Positions 37,496-50,244 of a DNA stretch of 64,000 bases are shown one piece after another. The translations under genes and the position numbers were made by a program. Under the pieces are notes generated by a model. That model was given only the letters and a program-made list of their open reading frames with translations, was not told the origin of the DNA and ran no database searches. The DNA comes from Chlorokybus atmophyticus (taxonomy: Eukaryota; Plantae; Mesostigma and Chlorokybus algae), in NCBI GenBank assembly GCA_009103225.1, contig RHPI01003369.1:689500-753499 (forward strand), in the 5' to 3' direction. Position 1 is the stretch's first letter. The number at the start of each line of letters is the position of its first letter.

Positions 37496-40400
37496 CTATA
37501 AGGTGTTTTTTGAGAAGGCCAACCTCAACGTATGTCTCCCAATCGCAGTACCGTGCAACAAAGCGAGAGAATTAACCGCATCTTCCTCACTGCCCATCTG
37601 GCAGACCAAGCAACATATCAGTTTCAACCTCCAGCAGCAACCATGCTTGCATGGGACAGTACATGACGCACAATACGGACCTGGATGAGTGCCTGCTTCT
37701 TGCCATTAACCTCAAACAACTTGCAGTTTGTCACCCGGCCTCGTATTGAGATCAACTCCACCAGCGACGGCAAAGCAATATCCGGTGGCAAATTTGATGC
37801 ATGTAGTGTTGAACAGGGTGCTGTTGTATGCCGATAACTTGTTGATGAAGGGTGCGTAAACCGATTCAAAGGGGAAGCACTATACTCTTTGGTGTCGCTG
37901 CTGGCCATGATGGTTGGATGCTTGGAGAAATTTATAGACAACCGCGCGCCAAAAAGCGTAATGCCCTGCACATTGCAACACGACTAGCTGTAAACTCCAC
38001 AGAAGTTTCGGAACCAATGACAGCATGCGGTTAAGGAAACTTGCACCCTACCTGTAAACAGTTTATGGCTACTTGCGCCTGGAAAACGTCACCCATTTGC
38101 ACCAAGGCGTGGTCTGGCTTATTATGCAACATCTTGATGCGAACGATGTTTCCGTAAATGGAGAACAGATTGAACAGCGTGTCTGGATTGGCCAACTGCC
38201 ATTAGATGCAGTCAGCAAGAACCCTTCAGCCAGCAAGTCACAACCACACAACTGAAGAGATATCACCCACCGCGACATTCAGACCAGAGACAAGTAGCAC
38301 TGGGCTGGCACCAGTTGGAAGTGAGCTGGCAGGTGCGTACATATTGGAGGACTGCACGTCATATTGCCTCGGGTGATGCTGCAAGTAAGACCATGTACCA
38401 AGACAAGTTGATGCAAACCGGCACAGAGCTGCATGTGGCCTGTCAATGAGACACGACATCAACCACTGAACATTAAGCCAGTTACCTCAGATCCAGCAGG
38501 AAAATACCCCACATTGGGAGGCACACTCTGTGGCAGTGGTCTGCCGAAGGCATCCAAACCTCCTGATGGTGGAAAACCTGCTGGTGCGGGTTGAAGCGCG
38601 TGCTGCAAGTTAAGTTGCTTGTCAGCCCAAACTGGGTCTAAGCTGATGCAAGCCGAGCAGATGAAATGCGCCACATGAGATTGCCACAGTTGCGTGCACC
38701 GGCTGGTTACATTGCATATGTTGTTAGACAAAGCTACTGAGCCAATCATACTAGCAGCTGCGTGCAGAGCTCGTACCAGATACTGACCGCTAGGGCCACT
38801 CAATGGTGATGTATAATCCCTGACAGAACGCAGTATGCAGCACATCAGTCAAGTTGTTGGCGAAGTGCAAGACAGCAAGCGCCTATAGCTTTGTGCTGCA
38901 TATGATGTCCCGGTCACCACACCATTTAATCGCTGTTTTGAACAACTCAGCGCACAGAACACATGCAACATATAAACACCACATTGAGTTCATACTCACC
39001 TTGAACGGTCAGTTTGCTGGTTGACTGTGAGCTTCTGCAAACTGTAAGAATGTTAGCTGGGCAGGGCCGCACAGAGCAATGCCGGTGCTATGGTACAGGT
39101 TCAATTGCAGGGCGATATAAGGAGTGAAGTGAGATGTGCCTACACTTGCTGCTTACTTTGAAAACTGGATGTCCAGTAGACAGCAACCCTCGTATATGTA
39201 TCGCCCCTACAGAAATGAACTTACATCAAACCCAACACTTGTGCCGCGCATCACTGCTATAGGTGTAACCTGCCTGAAGTTGCTGTTTGGCCATCACAGC
39301 ATTTGCGGGAGAACTGTACTGTACCAACACTTGCAGGTTGCCTGTTTTGTTGAACATGACAATCTTCTCAATGAGTCCGTGAGGTGAGAAGACCTGCAAA
39401 CCCACGGACCTTCTCAGTATATCAACCTATCACAGGCCAGTATACAACATAAAATACAATACATCTTGCAGTTCATGCACAAAGCCAATAAGGTCTACAG
39501 CATACCTGATGGACGACATCAATCGTGACAGGAAGGACGGTGTTGGAAACAGTCACCAGTAGTATGCGATTGGGTACCTCCTGCGAAACCACGACGCCTT
39601 CAGCAACTGTTTGCCATAGCAGGAACACATTACCCGCCTCGATTTGAAGGGTCGCGACTCCCTTTACGGCTAGCAAATACCTGGCGATTTTCTTGCTTCA
39701 GTTCTTGATGAGCAGAAAACTGTAGGTACAAGTTGCGCCCTCTGCCAAATCCACATCACAAGCTGTGTGCCATGCTGTTTCACTGGCTACATTGGCTCTT
39801 CATGCAAACAATCCAGTCTGAAATTTCACTGTCAACATGCAGCCCGCATTCGCTCCTGCCTACCTGACACTTGCTTGCACAGCGCCATAGTACTGCACAG
39901 CACTGATGGCACATTGAAGCTCTCTCATCTCCAGCAATGCCTGTTACAGCCACAATGCTTTCATCGCATGCTGCAACAAGCTTGATGCATGCAACCGCCA
40001 CGGCAGTGTATACTCTAAAGCACAGGCTTGGGACATTTTGCAAACGTACGAAAACATGCTAGACACTGACGTCCGCTTAACAATCGCAAGTGTTCACGCA
40101 AAGTTGCACCAGCTTGCGGACAACACGCTTAGGTCCGGCGCACAGTAAACACGCAATGCAGGTTGACTGCTTGCAAGTCGTTCAGACTTGCAAGCAGTCC
40201 ACCTCTTCCGCATGTTTGCAAGCTGTGCGGCCGCGTATGTGCCAATGCTTTACTGCTTCGGACATTACCTCAGTCTGTGTGCAAAACCATCGAGTGAAAC
40301 AGCATTGCAAGCACTAGCGCAGTGCATGCAACAAATGAGGCAGGCCTGAAGGATACCTGATTTTTTGAGCGGACGACGACCGAATGTGCAACCTCGCCAA

Positions 40401-40664
40401 ATGGCCGCACCAGCTGCAGAAGGTCTTCCTGTGACACAAATGCAGCTAAGCTCAACCATGGTTGGGACCAGCGGTGATGCAGACACGCCAAGTCTGCTGT
40501 GAAAAACCGCAAGAGCTCATACACAGCCAAGCACCGAACGACAAGCCCACCTCAGACACCTCAGGACCAACATTGCGGATGTGTATGACCCTAGACGGAG
40601 AGCCTGGACCAGAGCCGTGAGCAGCACCAGCAGCACCAGGGGACTGCACTGGCTCTGCTTGCAT
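37496..40664 (-). CDS. PTB3: Polypyrimidine tract-binding protein homolog (4 RRM, PTB3/hnRNP L-like)
   Basis: PSRVIHIRNV (RRM1), PNRILLVTV...VFSPHGLIEKIVMF (RRM2), SPVLLVSGL...KMLHNKPDHALVQM (RRM3), PCSTLHASNLP...VNGKKQALIQ...LRLAFSKNTL* (RRM4). Start lies in GCCGCCATG context. Confidence 0.92.
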
Positions 40665-40829
40665 GGCGGCCGCAGGAAGGTTGGCTTCTAATAGCAACCC
40701 ATGAAGGTAAGCAACGCCGTGAGTTGAGTAAGCTGCTCAGCTACTTTGCCAGCAATGCGCAGCAAGAGGAGTACTGTTGAACCTCCGCCGCCTCAGCCTC
40801 TGCCGCCACACGCACCGCTGAGGCTAAAC

Positions 40830-40845
40830 AAACCCTAATTGGGCC
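40830..40845 (+). promoter_or_regulatory. Telo-box (AAACCCTAA) plus site II (TGGGCC) in the PTB/SRP72 bidirectional promoter
   Basis: AAACCCTAA at 40830-40838 and TGGGCC at 40840-40845, within the 284-bp gap between the two ATGs. This motif pair is known from plant translation-related gene promoters. Confidence 0.65.
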
Positions 40846-40948
40846 TAATCTCAGCAGCTGGGCCATTGTCCGCCCGCCTGGGCGGCGGCGGCGGCGGCGG
40901 CGGTGTCGGGGTGCATGTCAATATTGCTGCGAGGAATACGTTGTGCAA

Positions 40949-43900
40949 ATGCCGCCCAAGGTGAAGGGACTGCCGGCGGCGGACAAGCGCCCCGCAGCGT
41001 TGGCAGCTGGCAGCAAGTCTGCGGCGCAGCAAGCACCAGCCCAGCCTGCGCAGCCTGAGGTGTCAGTTGAAGAGCGGTTCACCGCACTTGAAGAGCTTGT
41101 GCAGAAAGGAGAGGACGTTGGTGCTATTATCCGAGCATGTGATGACAGTATCCTTCTTGTTTTGTTTTTCGTTTATTCGTTTTCAGCTTGGGGATGACTG
41201 CACTCACTGCCTGTGACGACCGTTGCATGGGCTTGCATGCAGCATGTTTCCACTCGGACCGCGCAGACTAGGCATGAAACTAGAGCACATTGTTGCAGTG
41301 CCTTGCCAGGACATTGCTGGGGCACGGGGGCACGTTGTGGCCTATGACATAATCGTCAAGTGCGTCAAGATCAGACATGTGCTTTTGATAATTAGCAGAC
41401 ACCGACACCATTGCACAACAGCGTTGTTGCCCTTCGTCCGTCACTATTTGCCTGTGACACGCATTTGGTGATCACGCAGCTGGCTGCTTCGTGCAGGTTA
41501 TGTTGCTTGGGTTCGCCTTGGACTATGCGTGGTTAGCGTCCACAGCAATGGCTTGACTTTGCACTGAACGTACCATAGCCTCGTTGCCTCAATTGTCAAC
41601 TGTTGCCAGTAGCGCGCATGGATGTTGCGCATTGAAGGATGGTGCACATGGGCATGTGTGAAGTCATCTTGTTTGTTCTTGTCATCAACTTGTGTAAGTG
41701 TGTCGTAAACAGCACCTTTCTGGCATGCTTGGCGGTGTGCGCCCGTGCAAACAACCTGTGCAAGTGCCGCGCGCATGCTTGGTTATACGGCTGCTGCGGC
41801 ATTGGATGCGGACCTTGACCCCCCATTACAGTTCTCAAAGCATCTCCTGGGGATCCGGATGCTTTCGCCTGCAAGGTTCTTGCGCTGGTTCATGCTTCGC
41901 AGTTTGAAGAAGCCATTGCAGCCATCAACGCTGCGCCAAGTGGCACTCCTGACCTTACGCTTCCTAAGGCAAGCATTGGTGGTCTACATTCCATATGGTC
42001 TGCTGCAGACAAACTAATGTGCTGGATGTGGACACTTATGAGTCAAAATCTTGCAGGCATACTGTTATTACCGCTTGAAACACTATCAAGATGCACTTGC
42101 AGCGGTTCGTAGCATATCTGTAGCAGAGAGAGACTCTGGTGTGATGCAACTGGAAGCACAGGTATGCACTGTGCAAGGAATGACAACTTTTCATGCAACT
42201 AAGTGTACTGTGTGTTGCAAGCTGACTTGGGCTGTTGGCACCCCCAGGTCCTTTACCGGTTAGGGCAGTTTGCAGAGTGCATTAGGACCTATGAGAGCGT
42301 GTATCAAAAGCTTGGTAAACACCACCTGTTTGTCAGTGGTTGAACGCTCTGCATGTTCGCACAACATTGCTGACAGTACTTGCAACCTGTCAACTAGATT
42401 CTAGTCTGGAAGTCAAGACAAATGTGCTTGCGGCTTACGTCTCTGGCGGCCGTGCTGCCGAAGTGGCTGCTGTCATGCAGGCCATGAAGGTAAGCTCAGT
42501 GCTTGTGCAACAAGTCTGTTGTACTGCGTGTGCATGCATGACAGAGTTGTTTCGCACTCATCAGGTTTCGCCAAGGGATGGGTTTGAGCTAGCCTTCAAT
42601 GCGGCCTGCGCTCTGTTAGACACTGGAAACTTTGCTAAAGCAGAGGAGTTCTTGCTTCTAGGCCAGCGGGTTGGGAAGGAAGCGCTTCTTGATGAAGACT
42701 TCACTGAGGAAGAGGTTGGTATTGTCCATGTCTGCTGCCATTGCGGTTCCTTGCTGCTGTGACGTTTTACCAACAATATTATGGCTTGATACAGGTTGAT
42801 GAGGAGCTAGCACCGGCAGCTGTGCAACTGAGCTACATTGTACAAGCAGCAGGCCGCTCTGCAGAGGCAATAGATGGGTACACGGCATTTCTGAAGAAGA
42901 AGCTGGACGATCCAGTTGCAACTGCAATTGCAACAAACAACCTAGTGGCGTTACGTGGAGATCGAGATTTGTTTGATGCCCTCAAGCGGACAGAGAAGCT
43001 GTTGGATAAGAGTTCACCAGGCTTCAGGTGTGCAGAATTTGCACATGGGTTGTACCTGTATCTCAGCTTATGTTTTGCCTGTGCTATGCTTTGGTTGTGC
43101 CTCTGGTGCAGTGTTGGCTACCGGCCGCGCTGATGAGTTGTACCTTTGGCGGCAGGTTGATAGACGCGCTGGAGAACAGGTTGTCTGCTGAGCAGAAGGG
43201 TGCCATTGGTGTCAACCGAGCTCTGCTGCTACTATTCTCGCACAAGCTTGAACAAAGCAGAAGTCTTGCAGGGGCGCTGGCTGCTCAGTTTCCTGACTGG
43301 GACATGCCTGTGCTGATACAGGTGCCGCCATGTTTTCTCGTGTATGTCCATGACCTGCACACAATCATCATGTTGGGGTATGGTGAATGCGTATGCATGA
43401 CTTGGGTGCTCGTCGACCGCAGTGCCTGTCAGGTTGTGACGCCAGTTAGGTGTTGGTGGGAGTGAGCTATCGTACAAATGGTTGCTGTGCTTGCAGCTAA
43501 TGCAGAATCTTCCCTGTGCAGGCATCTGTCCTTGTTCGGGAGAACAAGGCTGCAAAAGCAGATGAGCTGCTGGCGGTAATGCTCTTACCCATGATTGCGC
43601 AGCTGGTGATATCACGCCATGTCATACTCAGCCTATTTGATTCCTATTTTCCTGTTTCACGCAGTCTTTTGCAGAAAGGCATCCACAGCAGTCAATGCAT
43701 GTACAGCTTAGCCGTGCACAGGCAGCTGCCTCCGCCGGCACTTTGAAGACGGCTGTGCAGGTCAGTCCTTAGTCATAACAGCACTGCTATGGGTACAGTG
43801 CATACCAGTGATGTTTGGGGTGCCGCTGTGCCTTGTCACATGAGGGACAGAGGTTTGGCAGTATGCTGTCATGTTGCTGATGCAATGTTGGTGTTGCAGG

Positions 43901-44799
43901 CACTGCGCAGTATACCGGAGCTGCACCAGCACCCAGCGGTGGTAGCAACCCTTGTCGCAATGAACCAAAAGGTTGCAGATGCGGATGGAGCTGCAGCTGT
44001 GCTTGATGAGGCGGTTGCGTGGTGGGACAATCGCATGCAAGACACGGGCGCTGCCAATGTCAAGCAGAAGCTTTTGCAGGAAACTGCGACTTTCAAGCTG
44101 CAGCTGCGCCAGTACAAAGAAGCTGCTGCTTGCTACAAGCGCCTGCTAGATGTAAGTTTAGCCCAAGACCATATATACATTATGGCCTTTGGTGCCTCCA
44201 TTATGTACACAAACATGTTGCGTATTACCTCGGCACTGACGGCTGCGCATGCGCAGGATTCCTCATCTGAAGTTGGGCGAGCGGATGCTGTCACGGGATT
44301 GGTTTACAGCGCAGCACACTTTGATGCGGCATCAGCAGAGCAGTATGCCTCCCAGCTGCCTCCATTGCCCAAGAAAAAGCTGGACTTGGTTGCTCTGGAG
44401 GCGAGTCCCCCAACAACAAGCGGCAAAGACGGGAAAGAGGAAGAGGGCCGCAAGCGCAAGGGTGAAGGGGAGCCTGGCGATGACAAGGAGAGGAAAAGGA
44501 AGAACAAGAAGAAGAAGAAGATACGGTACCCCAAGAATTACAATCCGGAAAACCCCGGGCCACCGCCGGACCCAGAGCGGTGGCTGCCTAGGCGGGAGCG
44601 CTCCACATTCAAGAAGAAGGGTAAGAAGCATGCGGCTGCGGCTTTGCGTGGAAGCCAAGGCGCTTCTGCCGCCCAAGCAGCGGCGGCTTCACAAGCTGCG
44701 GAAGAGAAGGCTGCAGCTGCTGCAGTCGCCGCCGCCAAGCCCGCAGCTGTAGCGGCAGCTGTCGCTGCGAAGAATAAAAAGAAGAAAGGCAGGAGGTAG
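40949..44799 (+). CDS. SRP72: Signal recognition particle subunit SRP72
   Basis: TPR-like N-terminus (AYCYYRL, QLEAQVLYRLG), EELAPAAVQLSY, and the C-terminal RNA-binding signature KKKKKIRYPKNYNPENPGPPPDPERWLPRRERS. Confidence 0.96.
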
Positions 44800-46490
44800 A
44801 TGCTGCAAGTGCGACCTTCTGTTCAAGCCTTCTACCCACCAGCGCTTGGTGTTTATCACCAATCAGCGGGCGACGTGGTCTGGCAGACTGCTTGCGCAAC
44901 CAGGTTGAGCGGTCCGCATAACACACTGAGGCCCATATGTGAGGTTTACGTGGCTTCTGTATCAATTCATGTTACAGCTTAACAGCGGATACAGCTGGCT
45001 CGATTTTTGTTGAGCAACACAAGTGGCGGCCATGATGGCTATCACAGAACTAGCCTCACCTCTTATCGTGGCAATGAGAAATGTGCACGCACAAGAGGTA
45101 ACAATTGCAACGCATGCCACGCATCAGTCTGCTCCAGCCATGTTGCGTCACTCATACCTGACTCCATGCATAGTGGCGTAAAGCCTGCAGAGGCTGTTAG
45201 GCTACGCGCATGCAGGCAGGGAGACATGTCAGCAGCAAATAAGCATGCATGAGCATGGTGTGGTGGGTTGCAAGAACTGCGTAGTTGCAGATTGTGACGA
45301 GGCCAATGTTTGTTGCAATGGCGTGATGCACTGTACTGCGCAACCTACCTGAGATAGTGTGCGCTGCATCCACCAAAATCTAGGTCTCAGTTGGTGTTGG
45401 ACTTGTGGTCTGTTGCTGTTGTTGAGTACGGACATTGGCCGAGTATTGTGGTTGTTGCTTTGTGTCGGTCTTAATCAATGATACTACACAGGCGTCCACA
45501 GCCAATGCACGGTCAACTTCTGACACCCATACGCAGGCTACAAACTGCAGCCTACAGTACATTGCCTCCTTGGCTCACTTCAAGGCTTGAAGTTTAAGCA
45601 ACTGTGTTCAATCAATCAATCAATCAATCATCCCAAGCAATAACCACGTGTCGCGACGAGGATGCCCGTCTGCGACAGCTGACCTCCACGGCAGGGCGCG
45701 TCGCTACGGCGGCGCGCGCTGCTGACAATTAAGCAGTGGCCGCAGCAGGGCAGCGATGTGACCCTTTTGGCGTGTGGCGAAGCTGTGCTTATGCACGCAA
45801 GCAAGCAAGGCGGCGGCGGTGGTGTGGGCAGCAGGAAGGTGCAGAGGACTGGGCCATGCTACGGATCGAGATCTGTGCTTGCGATCTGACGACAGGGTGC
45901 GACCTATTCCTACTGCTCTTGTTGTGGAACGAGCGTCTGCCCTTGATTGAACTGCTGGTGGGCGTGATAGTCGTGTGCAGCTACCATTTGCAATGTTACG
46001 CAGTCTCTCTCTGCAGAGTGTCTTTGTAGCAACTTGAAAAACGGCGATTCTCTTCTGTTCGGAGGCATGACGTTACATGCTGCAACAACCTCGACTGTTG
46101 AGCACAGCTTAGTTTCTTTGCTTGTGTAAAGTGAGGTGCGGTTTTCAGCAGCTGACTTCTCTGTTAACAGTGCAAACGCCAATGTGCACATGGCCAGTGG
46201 AACACTGCGTCGGTGTAATGTGCACGCCGTCTTGGTGTGCACACCTTTTTGGGTGTTTCTACACTATCACATCATGCGATACGGTGTACACACCAAGACC
46301 TTGTGCACACTATACCATCAAGTCATGCCAATGCAATTAGCTGTTGAGTATGCAAAACTGTTGAGCTTTGCAGCTGGGAGACATGATGGATTGTGGGATT
46401 ATACTGAACAGGAGTATGCTTGTGCAGTGAAATGGCGTCAGGTGAAACTATCTCAGGCTGCCTTTGGATGAGCTGTTGAGGCTGTGCCGC

Positions 46491-49400
46491 ATGGAGCCCT
46501 TCTCCGCCTATCGCTCACTAAACAAGCGGGCCGAAGGCAGTTTGTCAAACACTTCCTTCAAGCGCGACGCAGCCTCGGCCGGGCATTTCATCCGCAGGCT
46601 CGCACGAACGCATACGCTCGGTGAGTTGATAAGTCATTAGCAATGTAGTAATGCAGCTGAGATTGGTCCTGCGAGTGAACCAACATTGTGTCTTGCAGAT
46701 GGTCACTCTGGCTGTGTAAACTGCCTGTCGTGGGCATCCCTTGACACTGCCGGGCAAGGCGTCAATACATTGCTTTTGTCAAGCGGCGATGACTGCCGCG
46801 TTCGCTTGTGGGACACCAACAGCGGCGAGTGCATACGCAAGTACCATTCTGGTCACTGCGGCAACGTGAGTGCTGTATGGTGGTGTCATTATGCGTCTGC
46901 AAGCGATGTGAGCACGGGTGACGAGTCCGCTCTCGTACAGGTTTTCTGCGTCAAGCAGGTGGCAGCGGAGCCGGACAAGATACTCACCTGTGCTGCAGAT
47001 GGACAGGTGCATTGTACTGTACTTGTATGTGCACACGCGCCCTCGTACATGTGCATGCATGGCTTGAGTTGTCGCATTGGGTTAAACTTGCATACAGGTG
47101 CGATTGTCCTCAGTCTCACGCGGCACGTCCTGCGAGTTGGGTCGGCATGCAGGCATCGCGCACAAGTTGGACATGGTCGGCGCCAACGAGGTTTACTCTT
47201 GCGGGGGCGACGGCACGATACAACACTGGGACTTGCGTGAAAAGGTATACCACAACCATTGCACTCATGCCACACACGTCTGGACTTGAGCTTGCGGAAA
47301 CAATTCACCATGTCTTGCAGGGTCAGTTTGGGATGCAGGCGGTCGTGGCACACGTGAAGAACGATTACAACGGGTTCTTGCACGGAGGGTTGCACTCCAT
47401 CGCTGTGGAGCCCATCAACCAATGGCACGTTGCCGCGGGCGGCGCCACCGACAACCTTGTGCGCGTCTGGGATCGCCGCATGTGGGGAGGGTAGGCAGAA
47501 ACGTGTCCACCTGCTTACACTGCACTGCGTCGCTGTTGTTGTTGTTGTTGTTGTTGTTGTGTGTGTGAGAGCGCGCACGTGCATGTGTGTTGTTCACACT
47601 GCGTGTTACATGGCCCTCAGGTCAGATGTGGCGTCTTCATCCTCCCCTTGCTCGTTGGTAGCGACATTCTGCCCGCCGCCCAGTGGGTCTGGCAGCAGTG
47701 TGTCCTTCCCGTACTCGCGCGTGACATCCGTGGCGTACAGCCATGACGGTGCGGGCCTCCTGGCTTCATACGCCGGCGGTGACGTGTGGGTGTTCCCAAC
47801 GGAGGACCGCGTGAGCGCCTCTACAGACTCGAAGGATGATGCAGATGATGGTGGAGAGAGCGAAAGGTGCGCGGGTGTTGATGAAAGGAGAAGGGTTGAG
47901 GGCGCTCAAAGCGGGGAGGCGATACGCGAATGCAGGTAAGGATTGTGAATCAGGGTGCATGTGGGTGTGTGGTGTGATTGTCAAATTGTTGTTCCATGAG
48001 CAGGGGTTGGAGGGGTGCCTTTGAGCGGTGGCGGCGTCGCCGGCGTGAAGGCAGTGACACGGGGCAGAGTGCTGCATCTGTTGCAAGCAGTAGTGGTGCT
48101 AGCAGCAGTAGCAGTAACAGTAGCAACAACAATAGCACGAGACGGTGGAGCGCTCTGTGGCAGCAGATGTTGCATCGCAGCAATAGCAACAACCACATCA
48201 GCTCACCATCGACATCGGCTCCGGTAGTGTGTGTGCATCTGCTTGATGCAACCATCCTTCGTGCATGGTATACTCATCACTCTTCCATACACTCATTTGT
48301 AACTTACTGTACCAAAGCAGACGGACGCAACACCCAACGCACCCAACGCAGCAACACACGATTCACATGCAGACGATACCAATACCGAGTCGAGCACGCC
48401 GTCTCCTCCACCGGTAAACCATGATGTTGAGCTATGCTATCTAACAGAGCCACTGATGCCACACAAGCGTAGTGCTTGATGCAAATTGGTTGTTTGCAGT
48501 ACCCTGGCACGGAGGGTGATAGGCAATCGGACTCGGACCCGCCGCCACCGAAGCTGCCACTCTCCACGTGGCGGCGGCACTGGCGCCGCGTGCGTGAGTG
48601 TGAGAGCGGCGGGACACCCGGGACGGGAGGGGAAGGCGAACGCATCAGTGCCAGGGTAAGAGGCAGTGCCAACATATTGGTATTAGCAGTCAAGGTGTCT
48701 ACATCTCCGTTAACAACGTGTAGCGGGTTCGACAACCACTCCTTGATGACACGTACACACGTTACTGTACATAGCTCCTGAGATATCATCTTCGTACACG
48801 CAGGCTGATATTGCGCTTCTCCTCTCGGCCCTTTCCTTCCCGCCGCTGCCTCCACTCCCACCCCTTCCTCCGCCCCCGCCCCCTCCTCCCTACCTCCTCT
48901 CATCATCGCATAGTGACCTCTACACCCTCTCCGCCTCCTCCTCGTCATCAACACGTTCTTCCTCCCGGCAGTCCTCCGTGCCAATGTCGTACCGAGGCCA
49001 CCGCAACGTCCGCACAGTCAAGGATGCAGGTAGCCATTATGTTGTTAATGTGTCAAGTAATCTGTGTGGCAGTTGTGCTGCGTGTTTGATTTGACGTTGC
49101 TAATTGAGTAACGTGCACAGGCTTCTTGGGCAGCCGCTCTCAGTGGGTGTGGAGCGGCAGTGATGACGGCTTTTTGTATATATGGGACAGACACACGGGT
49201 TCATTGGCTGCAAAACTTCGCTCTGACTCCCAAGTGAGGGCTTTGTGTTGGTTGTGGGTGTTGCGCAATGCATGTGTGATACTCCACCCGACTTGTCGTA
49301 TATGCAGCTGACTTGAACTAACTTCTCTTGGTAGGTTGTAAATTGCGCAGCCTTTGATCCATCGACTTGTACGCTCGCGACGGGTGGTTTGGAGCACACG

Positions 49401-49571
49401 GTGAAGGTGTGGGAGCCGGTGAGGGATGCGGAGATCACGCCGGCGGAGTTGGCGAGTGTTGAAGACGGCGGCAGCGTTGGGTACACCCACGATACCGTAC
49501 GGGTGCCGGCGTCTGTTCTGCGCGCGCTGCTGCTGGCACACCGGCGAGGGGAGGGGTTGCGATATTTGTGA
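46491..49571 (+). CDS. WD40-repeat DDB1/CUL4-associated factor (DCAF8/DCAF6/WDTC1 family)
   Basis: RRLARTHTL.GHSGCVNCLSW, LSSGDDCRVRLWD, SGHCGNVFCV, LVRVWDRRM (WDxR), VTSVAYSHDGAGLLASYAGGDVWVF, YRGHRNVRTVK, WSGSDDGFLYIWDR, LATGGLEHTVKVWEP. The start codon is inferred. Confidence 0.88.
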
Positions 49572-50244
49572 TGGTGTTGCAGGGACCGAATTGTCGCGCT
49601 TGTACAGAGGACGGGGTTTGTTTGTGTATACTAGCAGTCCTACTACTGTTGTGGTCTGCTTGAGCGGGCCTGCTGCTGGCTTCTTATGACATGTGTTGCG
49701 GGGGAGGGGATATCTTAACCGTTGGAGGTTGAGCATGCACGGATGAGATCAAAGCGCATCATGGATTGCTAAAAATAGAAAGAAAGATCTCCTTGATGAC
49801 ATCGTATAGTAGACGGCTCACTGGGTGGTCATACAATCCACAGCAACATAGTCATGCTGTGACTGGCTGACTTTACCAAACATATTGTTATGCCAGCACG
49901 AGACATACCTCTAACCAACGACAAAATGCACCACCGTTTTGCACACTCCCTCCTTGCTCCAACTAGTGGAAAAGTTGCGCTTCCTTTGTCCACCAACTCT
50001 GATGCTATGAAAATACGAAAGCAAAACATAAGAATTACAGAAGCTGCCAAGGCAATGAACACTCTGTTGCGCCTTGTAGACTTGGTCATGAGCTTGTACG
50101 CTAGTCATGACTCATGAGTCATAACAATGCAACCTGAACTTCTACTTGGATATGCCTGTAACAAGGGCTGCTACCTGAACGCCACGTGTTCGTCCCGCGA
50201 GCAACCTCGTCAGCTGCTAGTAGGCGGCGGCGGTGGCGGCGGCC

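Noticed and set aside
45850-46471. Separate small gene or extra 5' exons upstream of the WD40 gene
   Set aside because: Frames and splice phases could not be joined consistently; it may be UTR.
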